A stretch of DNA of 64,000 nucleotides from Promethearchaeia archaeon (lineage in GTDB: Archaea > Asgardarchaeota > Lokiarchaeia > Sigyniarchaeales > SOKP01): positions 1 to 64,000 of the forward strand of contig JAHQWK010000020.1 in NCBI GenBank assembly GCA_029856145.1. Reading direction: 5' to 3'. Position numbers and translations under genes: made by a program. Numbering within the stretch: the first letter of the stretch is position 1; each line of letters starts with the position of its first letter. Positions 9,271 to 19,625 of this stretch are shown one piece after another. Below the pieces are notes generated by a model. That model did not search any database. It saw only the letters and a program-made list of their open reading frames with translations, and had not been told where the DNA came from.

Positions 9271-11160
9271 TTATAATAATAAATAACTCCTAAATTGTTG
9301 AATTAATTTATCTATCGTTCTATCAATCTTCTTTTGTCTTTTTTTGAAGTCATCTGAAAATTTTAAATATGCTGATCTTGATGGTAATTTTCCTCTTTTA
9401 TACCTAGATTCTATGAGAGATAAGCTATCTTTAACGCTAATTCTTTCAACTTCTAGAAGATCTAACTTTTTTATAATGTTCTCAAATATGTCACTTGTTT
9501 CCATTAACAACTTCTTGAATGGAATTATTTCCTTCTGTACTTCTTCTATTTTTGTGTTGTTTTTAGTTAATATATTTTTATATTTCTTTTTTGCGATTTT
9601 CTTGCGTTTAGCATCTTCTTCTGTTTGCCTAATCTCTAAGATTAAAGCATTTTTTTCTTCAAATAAAGAACAGAATTCTCGAATTTCATTAACAGGGATG
9701 TATTCCTTTTTCAATGCTGTGATATCTTTTTCTCTTTTTCTTGTCTTAACTAGAATAACATAAATAGAGGCTATTGAAAGAATAAATATCATAAATACAA
9801 AAGGTCTTAAAAGTAGATTAAAGAGATCTATAGTAAACGTAAACTGTATCACTTTGTCCACTCCTGGAGCTACATAATCTAAGGTATATATTATTGAGAC
9901 CATCCCTTGAGATTTTTTAATAGCCTCTGGAGGATCAGTAATATCATCAATTTTTAAACATCCATCAATAATGATCTTGATAGTTTGCTCTTTTCCTAAA
10001 TAATCATAGGTAGTTGTAAGTAAATCAATTTCAATAGATTCTTGTAACCAATTTGTAGAAAAATAATTCTCAAATGGTAATTGGTATTCTAGATCAAATC
10101 TAAAAAAAGAATTAGGTAGCATTCTTATACGATTGGCGGTTAAATCAATTCTAATCCTTTTTTCATTTGTCCCGGGAATTTCAGTGGCAAACACACCTAA
10201 GATTTTTCCAAGATCATCAGATATATATAAACCGTATGCGGAAGCAGGTATATATAATAAAATATAGGTTGATGGTTGAAGTCCTAAATTTTTTATTAAT
10301 ATATTCTCTCGAACTCTAATTATTCCCCATGGTGAAATGAATATTTCACGAATATTTTCTTGTATTTCTAATTTATTACTTTCTTTATGTTTGAACCATA
10401 AATTTAAATCTTTTAAATCATCTAAATTTGCTAATAAAGGTTCAATGTAATCAGCTCCTATAATATCAGTGATCTCCTCAAATTTATACTCCCTAGCATT
10501 GAGGGCTGGATTGTATGTTCCCCAATCATCTGTTATATCCTCATCAGTTGGATCATTTAGATCAAATTCTGGGAAAAAATAGTATGCTACTAATTCACCT
10601 TCCATCTTGTATGGTAATATTGGCAAAATGATGCCTTGATAGTTAATATATTGTTCATCCGATATAATATATGGATTTGCTAGATCTTTTAAGCTATATC
10701 TAAATATAATCGAACTCGATTGATGTGGCAATAATGGAGAATCTAAATATATAACAAACATTTCAAATTCATCCATTACCATGTTTAAACGGTCAATTAA
10801 CAATGTGTTCTCATCTAATAATGTGTTTTCATTTGCACCCTTACTTTCAAAATGAATTAGATTACTTGAGTGATCAAGTGGAATTCCAACCAAGATCGAA
10901 CTGATGGGGTTGTTATTAAGATTTTTAATAGTTAAGATATCGCGAACTTTTACTATACCATATAAATTTATATCTACTCGTCTATTAATGTATGTTACGA
11001 TTATATTTTCTGCTCCTTCTTGACTAGCTGAATATTTTGGATTTTGTGTATCATCCTGATTTAAATAATTCAACTCAGAAATTTGAGGAATAATTAATAT
11101 ACTCGTAAAAATCATTAAAAATACTGTGAGTATAACAAGAATTCTTATTCTTTTCAACAT
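9271..11160 (-). CDS. Ribophorin I (OST1/RPN1)-like oligosaccharyltransferase accessory subunit
   Basis: Signal/anchor, two similar beta-rich lumenal domains (RRVDINLYGIVKVRD and REIFISPWGIIRVRE, resembling the RPN1 RxIEVSHWG motif), one TM helix and a cytoplasmic helical tail, as in RPN1. Confidence 0.75.
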   Translation of the reverse strand: MLKRIRILVILTVFLMIFTSILIIPQISELNYLNQDDTQNPKYSASQEGAENIIVTYINRRVDINLYGIVKVRDILTIKNLNNNPISSILVGIPLDHSSNLIHFESKGANENTLLDENTLLIDRLNMVMDEFEMFVIYLDSPLLPHQSSSIIFRYSLKDLANPYIISDEQYINYQGIILPILPYKMEGELVAYYFFPEFDLNDPTDEDITDDWGTYNPALNAREYKFEEITDIIGADYIEPLLANLDDLKDLNLWFKHKESNKLEIQENIREIFISPWGIIRVRENILIKNLGLQPSTYILLYIPASAYGLYISDDLGKILGVFATEIPGTNEKRIRIDLTANRIRMLPNSFFRFDLEYQLPFENYFSTNWLQESIEIDLLTTTYDYLGKEQTIKIIIDGCLKIDDITDPPEAIKKSQGMVSIIYTLDYVAPGVDKVIQFTFTIDLFNLLLRPFVFMIFILSIASIYVILVKTRKREKDITALKKEYIPVNEIREFCSLFEEKNALILEIRQTEEDAKRKKIAKKKYKNILTKNNTKIEEVQKEIIPFKKLLMETSDIFENIIKKLDLLEVERISVKDSLSLIESRYKRGKLPSRSAYLKFSDDFKKRQKKIDRTIDKLIQQFRSYLLL

Positions 11161-11310
11161 AATTTTAAAACTTATCCTTGAAATTATCTAAAAGTAATGA
11201 AAATAATTAATAAAAACTTATTAAAATTTTTTTTATATGTCGAATAAAATTTTATATGTTTTCAGTTATTTATATAATAAGTTATTTTAAATTTTTATTT
11301 ATTTTTAACA

Positions 11311-11532
11311 ATGTCAACTAAAGGAACTCAATCAAGACGTAAAAAACGGAGAAGTGGATCTGCTCCTATGCCAATGGGAGGAGCAGGGTTAATGAGATTC
11401 TTCCAAGACAGTTCAGTTGGGATAAAAGTAGGACCAATCATTCCAGTAATCTTATCTGTCGCTCTGATTCTTATTGTAATATTAGCACGCGTTGGTGTAT
11501 TTAATTGGTTATTCACTCCTGCTGGTGGATAA
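11311..11532 (+). CDS. secG: Preprotein translocase subunit Sec61beta
   Basis: Basic N-terminus, GAGLMRFF...GIKVGP motif and a single C-terminal TM helix. Confidence 0.92.
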   Translation: MSTKGTQSRRKKRRSGSAPMPMGGAGLMRFFQDSSVGIKVGPIIPVILSVALILIVILARVGVFNWLFTPAGG

Positions 11533-11582
11533 TATCTCTTACGTTAATTTTATGATAATTATTTATTGATTGCTGGAGATCT

Positions 11583-11876
11583 ATGAAAATTTCAGAATTT
11601 CAGAATTTAATTAAAGATCTTTATTTTAAGCAAGACCAAAAGAGAGGTGTTAACACTACTTTCATTTGGTTGGTAGAGGAAATTGGTGAATTTGCTCGTA
11701 TTCTAAGAAGTAAAGAAATTAACGTTAAAAATGCTTCAGAAGAATTAGCAGATATTATCGCCTGGACAAACTCATTAGCAAATTTATTAGATGTCGATCT
11801 TGAATCAGCAATTTTAAAGAAATATCCTGATATGTGCTTTAGGTGTAAATCAAATCCTTGCATTTGTGGAAAGTAG
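11583..11876 (+). CDS. MazG-like nucleotide pyrophosphohydrolase
   Basis: WLVEEIGE and EELADIIAW motifs; C-terminal CxxCxxxPCxC. Confidence 0.88.
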   Translation: MKISEFQNLIKDLYFKQDQKRGVNTTFIWLVEEIGEFARILRSKEINVKNASEELADIIAWTNSLANLLDVDLESAILKKYPDMCFRCKSNPCICGK

Positions 11877-11990
11877 GTTTTTTTACTTCTAATAACAAAG
11901 ATTTTTAATTATTTTAAATCCTATAACTGTCAAATTTTATGATAAAAATAATACGATTTCAAAAAAAAATAAAACCTTATTATCATTTTT

Positions 11991-13109
11991 GTGTTTACGA
12001 TGAACTTTTCTGGAAAAAGAGTTTGGATTGACATTGAACAACCAAAAACCGCAATAATGTTCAATTCACTCTGGAAAATGTTTCAAAATGAAAAGGCAGA
12101 TTTACTAATTACTGCTCGAGATTATGATTCAACTTATCAGATTCTAGATGATTCTGATATAAAATATATAAAAATTGGAAGGCATGGTGGTGAAAAATTA
12201 GAAAATAAGTTAGAAACTTATATAGATCGTTTGAAACAACTTGTTCCAATAATAAAAAAATTTTCACCAGATTATTTTGTGACCTTTTTATCTGTCGAAG
12301 GGACAAGAATTGCATATGGATTGAAAATTCCTTCTATAGGCATGAATGATGAACCTCGAAATAAACCTGTGTGCAAATTAATTCATCCATTCATAGATAA
12401 TATCATCACTCCCAAATGCATACCGAAAGATTTGTATATAAAACTTTATGCTGATCCAGAAAAGATTATCAGGTATAATGGGCTTGATGAAATTGCCTGG
12501 ATTTCAGAATATACCCCCAATCCTGGTATTCTAAAAAATTTTGATATAAAAAGGGGAAAATATATAATAATTAGAACTGAACCTACTCATGCTTCCTATC
12601 TAATTCATAAAGTTAGACCAGAAGAAACTCAAATAAATAAGTTTTTACTCCCTATTTTCAAAGAATTCCCAAATTACAAATATTTCCTTATAGTTCGCTC
12701 AAAAAAACAAGAACAATTTCTTTCTAAAGGACTTAAAACTCTTAGTAAAGAGAATAATATTATAATAACTCAATATTTACCAAATTTAGTAGATTTTTGC
12801 TTCTATGGAGCATTAGTAATTAGTGGAGGTGGAACAATTGTGAGAGAATCAAGTTTAATGAATGTTCCAAGCATAGAATTCTTTCCAGGAGAATCTGCCC
12901 CTCAAGAGAAATTTTTAATAGAAAACGGATTTCCTCTAGAGCATATTCGAGATTCAAATAAATTATCTGAAAGGGCTATAGACATTCTCAATCAAGGCTC
13001 TACACCAGAAAGATTTAAGATAAGCTCATTTAAAGAAAAGATCGACCAATTTGAAAATCCTAATAAGATTTGTTTTAATTTCGTAAAAGAAAAGTTAAAT
13101 GGGAATTAA
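11991..13109 (+). CDS. DUF354-family GT-B fold protein (putative glycosyltransferase/epimerase-like)
   Basis: VWIDI..PK, ITARDY, IGRHGG and ISGGGTIVRES motifs. Confidence 0.8.
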   Translation: MFTMNFSGKRVWIDIEQPKTAIMFNSLWKMFQNEKADLLITARDYDSTYQILDDSDIKYIKIGRHGGEKLENKLETYIDRLKQLVPIIKKFSPDYFVTFLSVEGTRIAYGLKIPSIGMNDEPRNKPVCKLIHPFIDNIITPKCIPKDLYIKLYADPEKIIRYNGLDEIAWISEYTPNPGILKNFDIKRGKYIIIRTEPTHASYLIHKVRPEETQINKFLLPIFKEFPNYKYFLIVRSKKQEQFLSKGLKTLSKENNIIITQYLPNLVDFCFYGALVISGGGTIVRESSLMNVPSIEFFPGESAPQEKFLIENGFPLEHIRDSNKLSERAIDILNQGSTPERFKISSFKEKIDQFENPNKICFNFVKEKLNGN

Positions 13110-13115
13110 ATATAC

Positions 13116-14228
13116 TTAAATTTGGTTTAAAAATTTCTTATAAACAATTTCAAGTTTTTTCCCAACTGCATTCCAAGTATATTTTTTTATAAAATTCTGA
13201 GCATTTTTTATAAGCGTTTTTCTTCTAAGATCATCTTTCAACAACATGACTATTTCTTTTGCTAATTGTGGTGGATTTTTAGGAGGTACAAAAATAACAT
13301 GTTCTTGTAATACTTCTTTGTAGGCACCAATTGAAGAACAAATAACCGGAGTCCCGCAAGCAATTGCTTCGATTGGAGTCAATCCGAAGCCTTCAGAAGC
13401 ATAAGAATATGTTACAAAAATGTCACCCATTGTATAATAGATTGGAATTTCCTTTTCTGATACAAAACCTATAAAATGAATATCTTTATATTTTTGTTGC
13501 CAATCTTTATAATTTTTCTCCATAGTAAAATCTGGTTTACCACCCATCACTAAATTAAGATCCGGGATTTCTTTTTTTGCTATTTGATATGCTTTTATGA
13601 TATCATGTACTCCTTTATATTTTGCTATACGTCCTATGTACAAAAGAACTGGACCTTCAATATTAAGTTTATCTTTTAATTCCTGGGCTTGCTTTGGAAG
13701 AGGTCTGTACTTATCTTCAATTGCGGAGTAAAGATTAAATATATGATTAATATTTGCGTTAGGCATATAATATTTAATCTGTCTTCTAATTGATTCAGCA
13801 CATGTAGTAATAAATGTTGATTTGTTAACTGTGTATTTTATTAATAATTTCTCCAAGGGAATTTTAGTAAATTTTGTCTCGAATGGGCCTAAATCATGAA
13901 TTGTTGATACGAATCGCTTTTGATTGGATAAAATTATAGGTATAACACCTTTAGGACCATTACCGTGAATAATATCAAATTTATGACTCCTAAGGTAATT
14001 TCTAGCATGTAGTGTGAATTGAGGGAACCATAAAAAACGTTTTCTTATTATATCGATTTGAAAGATATTAGGATCTGAAAACTTAAGATTCCATTTACCT
14101 GTTATTAATTTTACATTGTGACCCTGATTTTTCATATAATTATAAATTCCAGTAAAGAATTTAGCTGCTCCATCTTGACTATCAGGAGCAAACGTTAAGG
14201 AAACAAGGCAAATATTTAGTTTATCCAT
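13116..14228 (-). CDS. Glycosyltransferase family 4
   Basis: LYIGRIAKYKG and EGFGLTPIEAIACGTPVI (ExFG...E) motifs. Confidence 0.92.
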   Translation of the reverse strand: MDKLNICLVSLTFAPDSQDGAAKFFTGIYNYMKNQGHNVKLITGKWNLKFSDPNIFQIDIIRKRFLWFPQFTLHARNYLRSHKFDIIHGNGPKGVIPIILSNQKRFVSTIHDLGPFETKFTKIPLEKLLIKYTVNKSTFITTCAESIRRQIKYYMPNANINHIFNLYSAIEDKYRPLPKQAQELKDKLNIEGPVLLYIGRIAKYKGVHDIIKAYQIAKKEIPDLNLVMGGKPDFTMEKNYKDWQQKYKDIHFIGFVSEKEIPIYYTMGDIFVTYSYASEGFGLTPIEAIACGTPVICSSIGAYKEVLQEHVIFVPPKNPPQLAKEIVMLLKDDLRRKTLIKNAQNFIKKYTWNAVGKKLEIVYKKFLNQI

Positions 14229-14271
14229 TTCAGCAACTATGATTTTGTTTTGATAATTTTCATCAGTAAAA

Positions 14272-15249
14272 CTACGTTAATTGTTCAAAGCCTTCTTCAG
14301 TTATCAGGATTGTCTCTTCTATTTGTGCTACATAAACACCCTTTTTTTCTGCTAAAACATTGTGAGCTTGTAATTTACCCTGTTGTACTAATTCTTGTAA
14401 CCCAAAAGCTACTCCTAATCTGAATTCTTTTGCTACCCATCTTTCTGCAAATGGTAATGTTTTATAATTTTTGTTAACAAAACCTAAAATTTGCTTGGAA
14501 GTTTTTCTACGTAAAGGTACCCTGCCCGAATAAGGATTAATTTCATAAATGTATGAATATTGGGTGTTATGAACTGATCCTTCACCAGTACTAGCAAAGA
14601 TTTCAATTGAAAAAACCTCGCCAGCTTCCATTACATCGCCTCCCTGAGACCCTAATTCGGGTAGTCGTTTTTTCCCATGAACTGTCCATCTTTCAATCTG
14701 ATGACCCCCTAATTCTCTTATTGGATTATACTTAAAACCCTTAACTATATCCTCAATCTTTTTACCAATATCTTGAGTGTTTGTTTTTGGTTTAACCATC
14801 ATTTTTGCAGCATCTAGAGCAATCTCAGTAGCTTGTATAATATTTTGAAGGGGCTCATCTTCATTAAAATTCACACTAAAAGCAGTATCTACAATATATC
14901 CATCAATATGAACTCCTAAATCGATTTTAACAAGATCTTCTTCTTTGATTTCGGTTCCATCATCCTTAATAGGAGATGTATAATGTGCGGCAATATTATT
15001 TATACATAAATTAACTGGAAAAGCACATATCCCTTCTAATTCATTAATTCTTGTTTCAGTTTCAGCGATCAAATCATATACATTTACCCCTACTTTGATT
15101 TTTGGCTTAATGTACTTCTTTACATCTTGAGCAATCTTTCCCGCTTTTCTAAGAGATTCAATTTTATGTTTTTCTTCTTCTTCTTTCTCTAACTCTTCCT
15201 TGCTTTTTTCTTCTTGAGTTTCACTTTTTAAATTTTGATTCTCATTCAT
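14272..15249 (-). CDS. map: Methionine aminopeptidase, type II
   Basis: AFPVN...AAHYT, KIDLGVHIDGYIVDTA, GGHQI and IEIFAS motifs, plus the type II helical insert (LPFAERW). Confidence 0.95.
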   Translation of the reverse strand: MNENQNLKSETQEEKSKEELEKEEEEKHKIESLRKAGKIAQDVKKYIKPKIKVGVNVYDLIAETETRINELEGICAFPVNLCINNIAAHYTSPIKDDGTEIKEEDLVKIDLGVHIDGYIVDTAFSVNFNEDEPLQNIIQATEIALDAAKMMVKPKTNTQDIGKKIEDIVKGFKYNPIRELGGHQIERWTVHGKKRLPELGSQGGDVMEAGEVFSIEIFASTGEGSVHNTQYSYIYEINPYSGRVPLRRKTSKQILGFVNKNYKTLPFAERWVAKEFRLGVAFGLQELVQQGKLQAHNVLAEKKGVYVAQIEETILITEEGFEQLT

Positions 15250-15414
15250 TAAAATTACTAATACGGATTTTGATAAAAATATTTTTTAAATAAGTATTAA
15301 CTTTATTAATAAAGTTAATATTAAAATTAGATCAAAAATAAAAATAAAAATACTATTATTATATTATTATCTTAATAGATCATTAACCTACTATTTGTTT
15401 AAGTTGAAAAACCT

Positions 15415-15786
15415 TTGAGCGAAAACATCAGCGAACTCATCGATCTTTTAAGGCGGATGGAAGCCGTTAACGCAGACATTCAAGGTTCAGCAATAGTAAG
15501 TGTTCAAGGCCTTCCTATCTGTTCTGTTCTTGCTAGAGATGTAAATGATGGGATTGTGAGTGCAATGAGTGCTGCTATCCTTAGTGTTTCTGAACGTGCT
15601 GTAGAAGAACTTGCTCGTGGAGATCTAAAACGGATTCTTATAGAAGGTGTTGATGGAATAATCATTTTATCAAAAGCTGGAGAGAATGCCATCCTCTGTA
15701 CTCTTGCGAAAAGTGATGCTTCGCTTGGGATGGTCTTTTTAAATATCCAAAGTGTCTCTAAAAAAATAGCTGAATTATTGGATTAA
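15415..15786 (+). CDS. Roadblock/LC7 domain protein
   Basis: GSAIVSVQGLPI, VSAMSAAILSVSERAVEELARG and LGMVF pattern; TTG start. Confidence 0.92.
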   Translation: MSENISELIDLLRRMEAVNADIQGSAIVSVQGLPICSVLARDVNDGIVSAMSAAILSVSERAVEELARGDLKRILIEGVDGIIILSKAGENAILCTLAKSDASLGMVFLNIQSVSKKIAELLD

Positions 15787-15860
15787 AAAAATATAATAAT
15801 TTTGGGTTTTTGATACAAAATTTTAATTTCTAATGTTTCTTTTGACTTGTTAGTTATATT

Positions 15861-17300
15861 ATGATATCAAATCAGCTTTTTATCGAATTTAAATCAGAAT
15901 TATTAAAGATAAAAGATAAAAAGAAACTTGAGAAGACATACTATGAGAAACTCTCAAAGTGCCTTAAAGCTGGACAATTTAAAGCTTTTGAACTTTTGAT
16001 TGATGCGTCTATTGAATTTAATATTTTCATTGATGTAAATATAATTTCTAATCGATTTGAGATTATTTCAAAATTACTAATTAATTGCATTAATAAGATA
16101 TCAACGGGATACCAAACATCGGCATTAGGAGAGATAATAGATATTTTAAGATTAGGCAATAAATACGGCTTATTAGAGAAAGAAATTAATGAGTCGGAAA
16201 AGAAATTTCTTAATCATTTTAGGGAAAGAAATAAACTATTTTTCGAAAATTTAAATGATTTATTTGACAGAGCATCGGATTCATTTATTTTATATGTTTG
16301 TAGAGTAATGCCTCGAGATCTTTATAACTATTTTATAAGCAGTCCTATTTCTTTTTTTCCAGATTACGATGGATTAATGGATTATATTAAAAATAGTTTT
16401 TTCAACCATTATACGGTTTACGGCCTTAATGTTAGAAATCTAAGTCCAGAAGAGAATTCAAACAATAGAGAGAAATTAAACCCTATCGAGAAATTTTTTT
16501 ATGATCTTCAAAAAAAGCAAATAGAAAATCAAGATACAAGTAATGATTTTATTGAGATCAAGATTGCATATAAATATCAAATATATTATTATGATACAGA
16601 AGAAGAACACGAACAACTAGTGGAAAAGATACATCTTGTATCTCCTAAGAATATTTTAAAAAATAAGGATAAAATTTTAGATAAAAATAATTATAATTTT
16701 TATAGCTTATCAATGGTTCTTCTTGGAGGTTTGGGACCACAAGGTTTAGGCTTTACTTATTCTACACCCAGAGGAGAAGTTATTGAAATATGTTCAGACC
16801 AAAGTGAATCTGAAGCGATTATCATAAAATATAAGCAATATTTAAAAAGAAAGTTTTTGATAAAGTTAGAAAAAGAGCTGAAGAATTATGGAATTGATGA
16901 GAAACTTAAAAATAAAATTGTAAAGTTTTTATCAGACGTTCTTAATCAAAAAGAATTAGTAAATTATTATAAAAAAGAACCAATAATAAAAAAAATCAAA
17001 GTATTTCTGGAACAAATAGATGATTTTCAGAATGATCTTAAATCTGAACTTCAAGAGTTAATAAATAAAATTTCAGCTGCTATTTCTATTATCCTTAGAA
17101 AGATAGAACTTAGAGATCAATTTATAACGCGAATAAATTTAGTAGCTGAAGATAAAATAAAACCTGAAGATATCGCTAAATTAACAAGCTTGAAAGGCAA
17201 ATCTCATTATGATGTGCTTCGTGAACGGTTTTTCTTCCAATACATAGTTGATTGGTTTTATGAACTTTATAGCAAAGATAGATTAAAGAATGAAAAATAA
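15861..17300 (+). CDS. Hypothetical protein (helical, with a Gly-rich conserved-looking core)
   Basis: 479-aa ORF; island SMVLLGGLGPQGLGFTYSTPRGEVIEICSD; no family recognised. Confidence 0.7.
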   Translation: MISNQLFIEFKSELLKIKDKKKLEKTYYEKLSKCLKAGQFKAFELLIDASIEFNIFIDVNIISNRFEIISKLLINCINKISTGYQTSALGEIIDILRLGNKYGLLEKEINESEKKFLNHFRERNKLFFENLNDLFDRASDSFILYVCRVMPRDLYNYFISSPISFFPDYDGLMDYIKNSFFNHYTVYGLNVRNLSPEENSNNREKLNPIEKFFYDLQKKQIENQDTSNDFIEIKIAYKYQIYYYDTEEEHEQLVEKIHLVSPKNILKNKDKILDKNNYNFYSLSMVLLGGLGPQGLGFTYSTPRGEVIEICSDQSESEAIIIKYKQYLKRKFLIKLEKELKNYGIDEKLKNKIVKFLSDVLNQKELVNYYKKEPIIKKIKVFLEQIDDFQNDLKSELQELINKISAAISIILRKIELRDQFITRINLVAEDKIKPEDIAKLTSLKGKSHYDVLRERFFFQYIVDWFYELYSKDRLKNEK

Positions 17301-17352
17301 TAATTGAAATAAGTTGTTAAAATTTTTATAACAAAGATTAAAAGTTTAAATA

Positions 17353-18825
17353 CTATTTTCTTATTTCTTGTATTTGGTCAAAGATATTATCAAATCGTTC
17401 TCTTATTGAACCATATAAACCTTCTTCTTCTGATATAACTGAGTTGATAGCTGTTTTTAATCCGTAATGGCTTTCTGATATTAAAACCCTAATTGGTAAT
17501 GTAAGTATATCATTAAATATCATTAAAAATTGTTGAATGATGTTAATGATTTGAGGTACTTTCTCACGAGTTCTGTCTATAGTAGAAGTTTCTGATGATA
17601 TTAATCCATTTTCCCTTTCTGCTTTTAATTCCTCCCAAACATTTTCCCTTAATTCAGAAAAATCAATACCTAGATTTTCCAAAGCCATTTGGGCTCCTTC
17701 AAAAATATATGTTATAGTATCTTTACCTGTAAATTGTTTAACATTATCAACCATTTCTATGGGAGCTATACCATCTAAAAAACTAACCAATAATTCATTG
17801 TAGTCTCGAATAACATCTAGTGGAATAAATAATAATGTCATTTCTTTTAATTGTTTAAAGATATATCCAAAAATCTTTGCTAACCATTCATTCTTGAGGA
17901 ATTTTTCTAATAGTCCACCATATTCATTTAAAAGATGAGTTCCTAAATATCCAATTATTCTAATCATGTCATCTTCATAATTCCTAAAGTAATCAAAGAA
18001 ATGTTCAGGTTCCATGTTTAATTTATCTTTAATAATATCAGAAACTCTATCTTTTAGTGATTCTAACGGTTCATCGAGATATTCCTCTAATTTATCAATT
18101 GATATGACTTCTTGAAGTTTATCAATAATATCAAGTTTAGTTTCTAGTAAAATTTCTTCTTCTTCAACTGTCTCTTTAAAATAAGTACTTATTATATTTT
18201 TTTGTTGACGGTTAGAATCTAAAAGTTCTTTCCATTCTTTATAATCATGGATTTTACAAGTAAACTGTAGGCAATCTCCTCCTTTAGTAATACATGCTTG
18301 TTCAATTATTTGAATCCTGTATTCATTTCTTTTTATTTTTAAAATATAATTTGCAACACTTTCCAACATTCCACAAAGGCCACATGCTAATCCTTCTGTT
18401 TCCTTGTTTTTTAACCTATCAAATTTGAAAGTATCTTCAAGATCTTGACCATAACCAGCGCAAATTGGACATTTACTGATTTTTAGAACATAATCATTAT
18501 ACTTTGAACCTTCTTTAGGTATTTCTTCATAAGTATATTCATCTAACTCAGTTCCAAAAACTACAACCCAAAGAATTTCGAAATAATCTAAAATTTTTTT
18601 AGGATTTCCGGGCATAAATTTAAATATACTTGAATGACGCTCACAAGATTCAAATGCAGCTCTTTTTCCAATTTCCCTAAGAATAATCAGGCTTTCTTCT
18701 TCATTATTAGTAATCTCATTAACTTCTTTGAGAATTTCTCTATAAAGAAGTGTATAAAATAACGCATTAGTGGATCGTCCAAATACCTTAGTAATTTTTT
18801 TCATTAACCATTGAAATGCTCCCAA
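17353..18825 (-). CDS. V4R/TRAPP-Bet3-like domain protein with acidic helical C-terminal extension
   Basis: LREIGKRAA helix, KCPIC, ACGLCGMLES and EQACITKGGDCLQF match the V4R Cys pattern. Confidence 0.65.
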   Translation of the reverse strand: MGAFQWLMKKITKVFGRSTNALFYTLLYREILKEVNEITNNEEESLIILREIGKRAAFESCERHSSIFKFMPGNPKKILDYFEILWVVVFGTELDEYTYEEIPKEGSKYNDYVLKISKCPICAGYGQDLEDTFKFDRLKNKETEGLACGLCGMLESVANYILKIKRNEYRIQIIEQACITKGGDCLQFTCKIHDYKEWKELLDSNRQQKNIISTYFKETVEEEEILLETKLDIIDKLQEVISIDKLEEYLDEPLESLKDRVSDIIKDKLNMEPEHFFDYFRNYEDDMIRIIGYLGTHLLNEYGGLLEKFLKNEWLAKIFGYIFKQLKEMTLLFIPLDVIRDYNELLVSFLDGIAPIEMVDNVKQFTGKDTITYIFEGAQMALENLGIDFSELRENVWEELKAERENGLISSETSTIDRTREKVPQIINIIQQFLMIFNDILTLPIRVLISESHYGLKTAINSVISEEEGLYGSIRERFDNIFDQIQEIRK

Positions 18826-18827
18826 GT

Positions 18828-19340
18828 TTACTCCTCCTTTTTCATTTTATATTTAAAAACTTGAATACATGACTTATTTCCATAAGATCGGGATTCAATT
18901 ACTTCATATGGCTTTAATAAAAGTTGTGTACTTCCTTGGGACTCTTTACTGATAAGAGTTATTAATTCAGATACTAACCCCAATAATATTTCACAACCTG
19001 CTATTTTAACATCTTCATAGTGATACTTACATAATGCACAACTATAATCTCGAACTTTAATTACTTTTTCTATTTCATTGATTTCAATGGAAACTGCACT
19101 ATGTAATACTTTTTGATAGATAGTGGTTATAACATCTTTCAAATTTGCTAATGTAATAACATCTGTAGGTTTCCAATAATTTATATAAGTCTTAGCAATA
19201 TTTTGTCCCATCTTTCTTAATCTTTCTTTTGAATTTTCAATTCCATTTTTCTCCATTAATCGAGCTAGATGAAAAACCGCATTCCTAACTTGGTTCATCG
19301 TTGCTTCTGTCTGTACTAGCTCCTTTCTTGAAAAATTCAT
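18828..19340 (-). CDS. Stand-alone V4R/TRAPP-Bet3-like protein
   Basis: ERLRKMGQNIA (compare Bet3 QLDKMGYNIG), CALC, GCEILLGLV and ESRSYGNKSCIQVF. Confidence 0.65.
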   Translation of the reverse strand: MNFSRKELVQTEATMNQVRNAVFHLARLMEKNGIENSKERLRKMGQNIAKTYINYWKPTDVITLANLKDVITTIYQKVLHSAVSIEINEIEKVIKVRDYSCALCKYHYEDVKIAGCEILLGLVSELITLISKESQGSTQLLLKPYEVIESRSYGNKSCIQVFKYKMKKEE

Positions 19341-19625
19341 AGTACTATTTTGTAATCTGAAATTAAATTAAATATGAAAAAAATTTCATTAAATAAAAAA
19401 TTTTTAGTATAATTAATAGATTATTAGTATGATTTTTGAAATTCTCAATATCAAGCTATTTAAAAATCATATAATTAATTTCTATAATATAAATCTTTAA
19501 ACTCATATGTTTATTTATAGAATTTTACTTTTTTTATGACTCTGCTGTAGATTTTAATATAAATATGTTAATTAGAAATAAATAAATAAAATCTTGCAGT
19601 TATAAAAATAGAAAATCAAGAAAAT

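Noticed and set aside
9344-9763. Antisense ORFs of 60-150 aa here and at 2926, 5964, 11328, 11621, 15504, 25206, 26251, 29516, 49881, 52022, 54217, 59212 and elsewhere
   Set aside because: They lie wholly or largely opposite well-supported genes, have F/L/I/S-biased shadow composition and carry no motifs
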